From NCBI GenBank assembly GCA_037379345.1, contig CM074524.1, positions 19,340,750-19,404,749 of the forward strand: 64,000 nucleotides of DNA, written 5' to 3'. Shown piece by piece: positions 1-11,251 of the stretch; the stretch's first letter is position 1; every line of letters begins with the position of its first letter. The position numbers and the translations under genes were made by a program. The notes under the pieces are model-generated. The model searched no databases, was not told the origin of the DNA, and saw only the letters and a program-made list of their open reading frames with translations. This stretch comes from Perna viridis. Lineage: Eukaryota.

Positions 1-5
1 ACTTT

Positions 6-290
6 CAGGGGCGTAGCTAGGCCTGTTTTAGTTGTACGCAGAATTACGGCAAGGGGTCTTGGTGGGGGGGGGTCGCTCAAGGCCCCCAGCGAGTCCGGCA
101 AGGCAAAGACCTGAGGGAAACTCCTGAATTTTAATGATTTTGGAGCCAGTTTTTTAGAATCTATACAACATTCATGCTATGCATATGTGATAAATAACCT
201 TTATTTCATCTTTAAAATGTGTGTTTTTATTTTTGTTACTTTTTCCGAAAGTACGCAACTGCATATTTGCGTATAGGCAGCTATGCCCTG
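6..290. mobile_element. MITE with CAGGG termini and 5-bp flanking duplication (ACTTT)
   Basis: CAGGGGCGTAGCT...AGCTATGCCCTG; the left flank is cut by the window edge. Confidence 0.6.
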
Positions 291-1111
291 ACTTTTATAA
301 CATATTTTTGCATTAGCCAAAAAGATAGCGTGTGTAAATATTGTGATTTTAGAATTTCAAGAATTTTTTGTTTTTATGTACTGTTAAAAAAACAGGTGTG
401 CCCATCTATCTGTCAGTCTAACCCTGACAATTTGCACATTATAAGTTGAGAACAGATCAGTGAATTGTTTTGAAACTTTGCACAGTTTTTAAGTACCATA
501 CAATTCAAATTAAGTTTAATTTTTAGCAAAATTCAAACAGTTTTTCTAGTTAGGCCATTTTGAACATTTTGCCATCCTTTTTTTACCATGATGTGGCAGG
601 GTATCACTTATTTTTTCATTAATGCCCTATATTTTTTATAAGTGCTTTAGCTCTTGGTTTTCAAATGTGTGGGTTATGCAACATCATTACAGTCTGAAAT
701 GGAAATTTTACACTTGTTGCAAGTATGAATTTGTGCTTTGATAGAATGTAAAATACGAAAGAAATAATTGTAAAATTATGATTTTTTTTGTACAATGTAG
801 TAACAATGATTTGCTGCATCTTTACATTTTTTAATGTACTTTTTGTTTTTGTTTCTTTATAAATAAATTTATATTTACTTACCATAAAGCATGTAAATTA
901 GGTATACGGAACTTGGCACTTGACAGTTACATGTTCAACTGCTTTAATATTATACTACATGTACATGTTCAGTAAAATCTGTTAAAACCAAACCTGTTGT
1001 AGACATTAAAATTTGTTTGGTTTAGACAGTGTTTGGTTTACCTTGGTTCAAAGCACATTTTTAACTAAGAAAAAAGGACTTTAAAAAAGGTTTATACAGA
1101 TTTTCAGGTTA

Positions 1112-1327
1112 CTGTGAACATGGTGAAAGTACTACTGTTCATGGGGTAATCATTTTTGTTGATTTCATGGGTTAGGTAAGTCAAAAGATTTGATTCCCAA
1201 AGAAAAGGATTATTTACTTAAAAGTGTATGACAGGATCATCAAAACCACGAATTCAAGAATCCACGAATTTGTGCTTATTTCCTAAACCACAAAAATTTA
1301 TACCCATGAATATAAGTACTTTCACAG
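1112..1327. mobile_element. ~210-bp TA-site MITE, family A (TIR CTGTGAAAGTAC)
   Basis: TA|CTGTG...GTACTTTCACAG|TA; related copies at 11553, 15559, 22426, 31154, 43826, 51329. Confidence 0.7.
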
Positions 1328-3727
1328 TATATAGTGTATGGTTTAGACACTGTACAATAAAGATATATGCAATATTTAAAGCCAGAGCAGTCATTCTTGA
1401 CATAGGATGTTTTGCAAACTAAGATGAAGTGTGTGATTTTGGACTTGAAAGGAATGATTATTTGCTTTATTGACTTGTATGATTTATAACTTGGTTTCTA
1501 ATCTCATATTGCTTATTTTGGATATCATTTTAATGATGGAGTTAATACCCTTTGATAACTACACTGGCATTAATGATACATCTAAATTAAATATAGTTAC
1601 ATAGTTGAAAATGTTTTGAAAAGTGGATATAGTTTTTCTTTATAAGCCTACTCTTGTCCTTGCTCTACAGGTAAATGCTAAACTGGATTATAGTTTTAAG
1701 GTTAATCAGTGGCACCATCTCTCTGCCATTCTACATTATTTTAAGTCCAGACACTTTTGATGTGGTCTAACATATAATTGTGATATTTAATATATAGCAG
1801 TAGTGTATAGAGAAGTTAAAATTTCAGATTTAATGATATTGTTACAAAGTTATAGCCTTTTGATTGAATTTTTTCTATTTACCATGAGGGGACAATACAT
1901 TTATTTTAAAAAATGCAATTTACTTGGATTGCTTATTGAACTATGAATTTTGTTATTTGCAAAAGACTATACTATTAAATATGTACATCATTCATGGTTG
2001 TCTACTTATTTATGATTATGTTTTTTTATATATCTTTCTTGTTCCAAGAATTAGGAAGAAAGGTGCTTGTTCAGAAAATATCAAAATCAGCCCCAAAACT
2101 TTTAAAAGTATCTAAAAAAAATATCTTTAAATTTTCCTAATTCATTTGTTAGATACATGTCTTCATTGAAAGCAAAGTTTATTGCTGTTCATGCATGTAT
2201 TCCATTAAAATTGAAAACATAAATTTAGACATTTTTATGCAGAAAATGTAGAGCTTATGTGTCTAACTCTTGAATATTTATTTAAAATTTTCTTTTTTTA
2301 TGTCATTACAAGTTAAAGCAAAATGCTCTGTTGTTCAAAGGTTGTTCTTTTTATGGACTGAACAACTATACCATGTACTCTCATTTTCATACAAATTCTT
2401 AAAAAAAAACTACATATAATGTCTAGAATCATGAAAAGCATGAATACATTTACTTGATAGAATCTTGCAAAATTTGGTATGCTGATAGCAATTTTTTATG
2501 GTATATCATAAAGATATCCAGTTATTGGTGCTATTAATTAGTTTGTGGAGTTAGATTTTGTTTTTTTTTTTTTGTTTAATTTTCAGTTGTATTATTGTTG
2601 TTATGTTCTTTTTGTTTTTTGTTTTGTTTTCACAAATCACATAATCACAAGATCCTGTCAGATATATCTTTTCTTTTTCAATATGTGGTTTTCTTGTGAA
2701 AGAACTTGATGAATGAAAAGACTAATATATGAAGTTTTTAGAATGTTGAAAATTAAGTCTGTTTAAGGAGAAACTAACTGAATGTTAATGTCAAAAGTTA
2801 AAAAATTTGCTGTGAATTGCACAAGTAAATGAAAATTCTTAGATAGCTATTTTCAATATACTGTGGATTCCACTTAATCACATACCTGTTCATTGCATAT
2901 TCTTGTTAATTGCATAGAAATCAAAAGAACAAATCCCATCTTATCCATGTAAAATATTTATTTTATTGGCATAGCATAAGACCAAAAATTAGAAAATTCC
3001 TTTTAATTGCATAAATTTTTTTCCAAATATACTCGAAAATGTACCTAAATGGGTAAAACAACAATACATTGTTAGTGAAACACCTCAGTTTTATAAAGAA
3101 CTTTGTTTTTACAACAATATTATCTCTTTCATTGACTGGAAACTATAGCCACAATGTAATTAGACATGATAAAAGAATATGACATTGTCCTACTAGATAA
3201 AATATTAAGGTATTTTCCCTTGAAGTAATAATATACAATAACAGCCCTCTGAGGAGGTGAATATCGAATATTGTCAACCCAAACTAGGGTTATTTCTCTG
3301 AGGGCTTTAGCCTGAGGGGGAAAACCTGAGTGAGGTTGACAATTTTGGATATCCACTGAATTAGAGTGTAGTAATTGTTTTATTACACTCAACAAACAAA
3401 GGACTGACAAAAAATGCATGGTTTCAAATGTGCTTGATGGGTAATTCACCTACTCTTGTATTTTGGATGGGTCATTCGCCAGTGAATAATTGAGTTATTC
3501 AATGATAGCATGTATTTTGGGGGTTAATTGCTTATTTTTTTTTGAGAAATGAGCTATGTAACTAACAGGAATCCACTGTATAGATATATTTGATGTGGAA
3601 TAATCAAAATTAAGTTATATGCTGTATGAATTATGCTTTTGTATGTTCTATTTGCATCTGGATGGATCATGTTATTCAATGATAATAAATTTAAGAAACA
3701 ATGTCTTGTTATTTTCATTGATGTATT

Positions 3728-4119
3728 TGTAGCGGGAGAGCATGATTTGACTTCCAAAATTATACTCACCAAGGATCGAACCCTAGACCGCTCGGTGACA
3801 AGTATAATTTTGTGAGTCAAATCATGCTCTCCCGTTACATTTGGCACCCAACTAAAAAACCCACGGAGTTTGGTTAGCTATTGAGCTAGTGTTCGAGTTG
3901 TTTGTGGTACGAAGACTCTTAAGGTGGGGGAAATGTGGCAGGACGGCCTACCTGCGTTGTAGTAGGTAGTGAGATTTAAATAGCCAGTTAATTGACTTGG
4001 CTGAAGGATTAATTCTTTAGTCGAATTGATTTGTCGCTGGCTTGTTACCAAGCGGTCTAAGGTTCAATCCTCGGTGGTGGAGTATAATTTTGGGAGTCTA
4101 ATCATGCTCACCTGTTAAA
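3728..4119 (+). mobile_element. TRIM (miniature LTR retroelement) with tRNA-like LTR, Helenus/TRIMp3-like; 5' LTR rearranged
   Basis: LTR end GTTACA at 3839, PBS TGGCACCCAAC 3842-3852, PPT AAGGTGGGGGAAA 3921-3933, 3' LTR TGT... 3934-4119 with A-box-like 4018-4029 and B-box GGTTCAATCC 4061-4070. Confidence 0.75.
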
Positions 4120-6601
4120 TATTATAGTATACAAACTGTCCCTTCATCCCTCCGTTTGTATGTCATACAATTACATGTAAGGTAGGTACTCCAACAGAAT
4201 AAAATAAAATATCAAATCCAATGTTCCTTACCATGCAAAACAATCAAAAGTAAGACATTTTTTCCTCACTTCATATTTAAGGAAATTTAATGAAATTGAA
4301 AATGCATTATTTTTTTGATATTAAGTGATTTTTTTTTGTTTGTTTTGTTTGCTATTCCAGTCAATATAGCCATTGAGTGTAAACGGAAAAAAACTGGATC
4401 ATTTGAAATAACTGCACTTTGACCACTAAGATTTTGTTATATATGAAAACAAAGCAGTAAGCTCTTTCATACACAATTTGAAATTGTCCATACATTTATG
4501 CACATTCATGCTTTGAATAAAGGAAATGTAGGTTGTAAATTAAAAACCTCACATACATGTAATAAGCATTTTCAGGCAGCAGCCTAACATTCTAAATTTT
4601 GTCAATAAAAACAGCCACATTATCAAATTTTCTGTACATAAATCATCGTTGGATTAGCTACATGCTAGTAAGTTTAAAATAGCTGGGTGTGAAAGAGGTA
4701 TTGGACCATTCTAATTAATATGTGATCGCAATCCTCCCTATCAGTGGAACATGCAAAATCTATTTTTTGCTTTTCTTAAAAGTTTCATCATGTAGAAATA
4801 GACATACGTCATTTTTCATCAGTATTTTTACACAAAAAGATGTAGTGTGTTAAATACTGAACTCAATCCTTTGTAAATGACAAATCTTCATGCATTTAAA
4901 TAATTAACTAAGACCAATTCTTGTGAAACAACGAAGTCACATGATGAGACTTACATACCTTATATCTGCCTACATTTAACAAAACTCCCAGGGTTTCACT
5001 GTATTTTAAGGCTTTGGTATCAACAGGGTTTCACTATATCTATAATCCAATGCTTTCTGTGTTACTTGTTTAATTCTAGTATTTCAAGTATTTGATTTTA
5101 GGTTGTTGTTTTGTTTTGAACAAAAATGGCACTGAAACACAAAATCTAAACTAATTCTTTCAACAATTTTTATTAAAAATTTATTGTTAACATGATTTTA
5201 AGTGCACACAACCCTATATTAACATTAAATACTCGTAACACAAACAAATTTTATACAATGCCATAGAATTTGCATGTAAGAGTTGAGTCCCTTAACCCAG
5301 GTCTACCTCCTTAAGAAAACATTAGAATGTAAATTGAAAACTACATTTCTGTTGGATTATTTGTGTCAGGTACCAACTTTTAGTGGTTTAGTGAAAACAG
5401 AATATCTACCAACATGTTTTGTCAGAATCCTTACTTTACAGTGCTAGATTATACTTTTTTTGTGGTAATTAATTTTGCGATCAACTCGGCATATTCAAAA
5501 CCAAGGCTTGCTGGAGATAATCAATTGGTCTATTTTTAACACTCATGAGATTGAGAGAGATTGGCAAAATTTATAATTTATACGGACAAATAAGTACGGG
5601 TAATCCTGTTAAACCAACTAAAAATAAATTTTGCAAAATCAACGATAGAAATTTAATCACTGCAAGGTGGTAAAAAAGTGTCACATGCATTTTTAATCAC
5701 TGGGTTAGAATTGGGGTAAAGTATTTCCATCAATCTTGCTTGTCACAGGTTTAAAGTATTCAAACTTCCTATTCTATAGTAGGGCTGTATATATTAGATT
5801 TAAAAGTAATATCCTATGAAAATAAAGTAATTTACTTGGACATATTAATTATACATAGAAATATCTAAACTTGTATAAAATAAAATATGATATATATGAC
5901 TAATTATTGCTCCATAATCATATGGCAGGAAAAATAAAATTAAAGTGAAATGATTAATAGGATAATTAATTGGAAGGAGTGAATAACCAATATGATCGTG
6001 AGTGTAGAAAAACGCCTAGATTTAACGAGTGTGCGGAACATATTTCGCACTTAAGTTAAATCTTACTGAGTTCTTGGCATAAGTAATCATTTCTTGTTTA
6101 TTCACGATAACCAATTTATTATCCTATTTATTATATAGATTTCCTCAATTATTCGTTGCTATTTTCAACATAAATTTCAAATTTTGTGAACAGTGGATTG
6201 ATTTCAAAGTTATGACATTTTGGCGGGAGAATGTCCGAGAGTGAAATTACTGAATTACCACAATGAAAAATTTATAAATCTTAAGATTTGTGAAAGGTTT
6301 TCGGTTAAATTACTATATACTCTGTGAAAAATACAAAATAATTGAAATTTTACATAAAAAATGCAAAAATCTCCCACATGAGACAATGTCAATGAAAAGA
6401 ATCTCCCATATAAACTGTTCCAAAGGTTAACAGATATGCTCAAATCATATGATAATTTTCTTCAAAAGAAAATATTCACAGTTTACAGTGTCAAATATGT
6501 CTCTTGGATAGTTTAAAGATTTTACAGTTGAGAATTAAAATACAAAAGATTTAGATGTTACAAGCAGATTTGTTAGAAATAAACACCAGCAAATATTGTA
6601 G

Positions 6602-7094
6602 TGACACAGGTTTAACAGAATCTGCCCATCATTGGCTGACGCTGGCTTAACAGAATCTGCCCAGCATTGGCTGACGCAGACTTAACAGAATCTGCCCAGC
6701 ATTGGCTGACACAGACTTAACAGAATCTGCCCAGCATTGGCTGACACAGGCCTAACAGAATCTGCCCAGCATTGGCTGACACAGGCCTAACAGAATCTGC
6801 CCAGCATTGGCTGACGCAGACCTAACAGAATCAGCCCAGCATTGGCTGACGCAGACCTAACAGAATCAGCCCAGCATTGGCTGACGCAGACCTAACAGAA
6901 TCAGCCCAGCATTGGCTGACACAGGCCTAACAGAATCAGCCCAGCATTGGCTGACACAGACTTAACAGAATCAGCCCAGCATTGGCTGACACAGGCCTAA
7001 CAGAATCTGCCCAGCATTGGCTGACGTAGACTTAACAGAATCAGCCCAGCATTGGCTGACACAGACTTAACAGAATCTGCCCAGCATTGGCTGA
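6602..7094. repeat. 35-bp minisatellite, ~14 copies
   Basis: Unit CAGAATCWGCCCAGCATTGGCTGACRCAGRCYTAA at exact 35-bp spacing (6616, 6651 ... 7071). Confidence 0.95.
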
Positions 7095-7970
7095 AGATAA
7101 ATGTATTAAGAAAACTGTCAAAACCTGAATTTGACAAAAAAATTGTAATGCACGAAGAGTATTTTTGGCAAGATAGATGAATCAATTATAATAGCCTAGA
7201 AATTAATAGACAAATATTATTAAGGGACTATGTATATGTGAGTTACCTTTCTTTTGCTAGTTTTAAATGTGTACAATTAGCTGATAAAAATATGAAGCGT
7301 ATACAGTTTTATCACAAAACTTCATTCACTTTGAAATCTTTTTATAACCCAATGGTCAACTTATCCAACTGTTGTACAATAGTTTAGACAGGTTTGATTG
7401 TACCATACTTGTACACAAATTCTTTTAAAGAAATTAACAACTGATTGGCACATGTAGGGGTGCACAAAAATGTAGAATTATTTGCAGAGTTATCTATAAT
7501 TATAAGCTGAGCTTGGATAAAAATAAGTACATTTGAGCATTGAAAACACTGGATAAAGATGAGTCTTTCATAGTAAAAAATAAAGAAAATGAGATACGTT
7601 GTGAATTAAAATCATGTCATAATATGTACATGTACTAATGCACAACAAAAAATGTCATAGCACTTATAACAACTCAAAATTTCATACTGAGTACTCGGAA
7701 ATATTTTTCTACCGAGTTCTCAAGAATTGAATCTAATGCCAACAGGACTGTACATAAGTAAAGGTTCAAATCGTGTCGACAAGCTTCCTTCAAAAATTCT
7801 TAAATCATGCATCTCAAAATACAAGATATTGATAAGCACAATCTCCTAAAAATTCCTAAGTACAAGCCATGAGGACACACCAAATTAATACCATGTTATA
7901 TACATATGACCATAACTACATTTTAGTATTGCACATTGCCAATGCCCACACTAAAAGTTAGCAATGTAAT

Positions 7971-8140
7971 CAGAGACTGATCCAGACACTTTGAAAAGCT
8001 GAGGTTCCTAAAAAAAAGGAAGGTGCTAGGGCATTAAATGCTATTTTTTGTCAATTTTACAAATGAAAATGACAAATTTTCCAATAAAAAGGTGGGGGGG
8101 ATGTGCCAACCCCATACATCCCCTTCTGGATCTGCCACTG
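7971..8140. mobile_element. Degenerate MITE with CAG termini and 5-bp duplication (GTAAT)
   Basis: CAGAGACTGATCCAG...CTGGATCTGCCACTG. Confidence 0.55.
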
Positions 8141-8248
8141 GTAATCTATAACAAAAGAAATTCACCTAACAAGAAACTATCCACTAAGGCTGATCATTTT
8201 CACATAAATATGTATACACATTAAATGTTGTGTAGAAATTCCCCAGTG

Positions 8249-8284
<36 letters not shown>
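8249..8284 (+). repeat. Poly(A) run of ~36 nt
   Basis: Directly visible. Confidence 0.9.
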
Positions 8285-8287
<3 letters not shown>

Positions 8288-10181
8288 AAACTATATAGGA
8301 TTTAGTCAAATTTCAGATTAAAAGACAAATTTTGGCAATTAGCAAAATTAAGAAGCCCTTGTACACTCATAGCAACTACTCTATCTGTGATATTCTTACT
8401 AATTTAGGTACTTCAAACTCAGTTATTGTAAGCATGACTTTCTCAAACAGAGGAAAGTTAACATCATCAAAACTGAAACAAAAAATACTAGAAGTTTTGG
8501 ATACTATTGTAATGTAAGTGATCTTACTACAAAAAGAAAAGTACCGGAAGTTTTGGATACTATTATTATGTAAGTGATCTTACTACAAAAAGAGTTCTAA
8601 TGCAGTACAAAAAATACAACTGACTTTTTATAACTTTACTCAACCAGGACTTTAATTCAATATTTCCAAAATTAAATTCCACTTTGGCTCTCAACTGACA
8701 AAATCACAACAATAAATGCATACAATAATTTCTGAGTTTAGAGCAATGTTAGAACACATTGTGTATTCTTGATGTTTGATGTCAAGTCATGCGAAAAACC
8801 TTTAATATCAGGAATCAAAATTAACTTTCAAGAATGGTGATACCTGGACTTTTCCATGTTTCAAATCAATGGTCCTCTTGAGGAAACCAAAAATCCTCAA
8901 AAAGTGTCAGTGAATATGGTTCAAGGTCAAGGACCTAAGTAAATGAAATGTCAAAGGTAATAGGTCAGATATTAAGGGTCCTTGACCTTAGACCACCATT
9001 AATTCGAACACTGGGTACCATAAACCAAAAATATTTCTTCTGTTCAAATTGAAATATACCAATACTTTACAACATATTAGTCTGGTACTTATTCTGAATG
9101 ATAAATGGTTGGTAGCTTTTCAAAATAATGACTTGACAAAAAACTTGCCACAAATTTGTGAATTTCAGTTCTAACTGCTGAGATTTTAGTCTTTTTGATA
9201 TGTATTTCATTTGATTAAGTATTTTGAAAGGGCTAAACTACGGCTAAACTACACTCCACTTTCAGGTGTGATATTTTGCATGAAATGTGTATAGATACAA
9301 CAGGCCTTAATTTGTTCATTTCTGTTGTTGAAGACAGTTTTCCAAATGTTTCAACACAAACGTAAGAACATGCAAAATGAAACAGAAAGTCGGGACAAGT
9401 TAGGAATGCACCAGTTTTTGGAATGCACTGCGAAAATTAGGGAATGTTAAGAATCCAAACGTAATATATAAAAAACCAAGTTAACACTGCAATCAAGCTT
9501 CTCTAAAACAAAATCAAAGCAGTTTTCTTCTTGGAAGAATCATTAAAAAAATTCAGTTCAAAAATTATTTCAAAAGATTCAATGAAATTTGTATGAGATC
9601 AACAAAAACATAACAAATTCTTAAATCAAATCATCAATGTATGCACCATATCAGATGACCAAGGTACAATGTGACACATCAACATATGATATGTCAGATG
9701 AAAGATCAAAAATAAAAATGACTGAATGACAGTTCTGAGTATATTGTATGTGTTTGAGTTAAGCAGTCTATAATGAAAACAAAACTGATGTGACAGTTTT
9801 AACATTGCATAAGATATTGCATGGTGTTGCTAAGATTATTTCTATAGTCAATAAAAATTATCATGGTTAAAAGTTTAAACAAAAGTTGTGAATAAATGGA
9901 TATAGGGACCAATCTTCAGATGGGCAAATAAGGGCTATATTCACAAACAGTAAGACTTGGGGGACAAAGAAATCCAGCTTTTGCTATTAAATGGAGTTTA
10001 AACAGCAAAAACTGATGTGTTCAATTGTATGTTACAGGCCCTATGAATTTTGCCACATATCTCCTTCCAAATTAATTCCTTAAATGGGTTTTACACAAGG
10101 AATAAAATTTAATTTGTAAGATATTTTTATATTGCTGCAAGCCTGAGAAGTTTGTGTTGTTAACATCAATATTACTAACTT

Positions 10182-10456
10182 CACAGCAAAAAGTGTCACA
10201 CATGATAATCATGTGTTACTTAATTCATATGGTAATCATGTGACTATCATATAATTTTATGAAGATTTACTTATGATTCTCATATGTAAATACTGGCTTT
10301 CTGGCAAATGATTAACGAATGTTTGTGGAAAACGCACCATAATCTTACGGTCATTATGTGTAACTGAACCATATGTTAATCATACCATGCTCAATTCATA
10401 TGATAAACATATGCTGTACTTCCTATGATTCTCATGTGTGACATTTTCAGCTGTGT
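10182..10456. mobile_element. Fold-back MITE
   Basis: CACAGCAAAAAGTGTCACACATGATAATCAT ... ATGATTCTCATGTGTGACATTTTCAGCTGTG. Confidence 0.6.
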
Positions 10457-11099
10457 ACCTTTGGTTAAATTTGCATACAATAAAATGAACACTTAATAAC
10501 ATTATAATCTCAATAACAATAAAATACAACTCCATAAAAGAATTATGCATAACAACTTGATGTATTTGAGACTATAAATACATGGGAAATTTCTTGATTT
10601 TTTTTATATTCAATAACACTGTCAGCCAAGACAGAAACAAGGAAACAAAAAGCATAAAGGAAAATTTCAAGAACTAGTTTCTGCAATTACTTAACATAAG
10701 GAAAAATTAAAATTCTCTGAGACATATCTGGCTTGGTAAAGATTCAGTCTGAAATGCTATTTGCTAGTACTTTTGAGAGTAAATCACAAGAATTTTCACT
10801 ACATGAACAGCAAAAACTGCATATTTCTTTTATGGGATGGTATAAATTTGCAGATCTGATTCACGTATAAAAATAATTGCAATTTTTTACAAAATTATGT
10901 CATGGGTTGCCTCCCCTTCAGGTAGGCCAATAATATATCAACCAACACCAAATGAATGGATTTCTACTTCATTAACTGAGAATATAACTATCACATGTTT
11001 TTGGGACATTATCTGATCAAAAGATCTATTTCCCTTTCCAAAACTTTGTGTCAAAGGATAATCTTTAATGCTGTGTATGTCAACATAAAATTTCATCTG

Positions 11100-11251
11100 T
11101 TAAGCCTTCATTTTGTTCTTTAAATGCTGTTTGTTAATTCCATTTGGAGGTTTTTTGATATAGCCATTTTTCTTATGATTGATAAATAACGTTTCTTCAT
11201 CACTAGTAAAGTCTGATTCAGAGATCATCATACTGCTGTTCTGTGTTTTAC
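11100..11251 (-). CDS. KIAA0319L: Terminal coding exon
   Basis: 152 nt; KTQNSSMMISESDFTSDEETLF...KMKA*. Confidence 0.9.

Noticed and set aside
4010-4082. Functional tRNA gene
   Set aside because: Stems are degenerate and the sequence is embedded in an LTR.
6602-7094. CRISPR-like appearance of the 35-bp array (also 59294-59505)
   Set aside because: Head-to-tail units with no unique spacers, no cas genes and a eukaryotic context.
8249-8284. Poly(A) run as the tail of a retrocopy
   Set aside because: No recognisable processed gene, upstream poly(A) signal or TSD.
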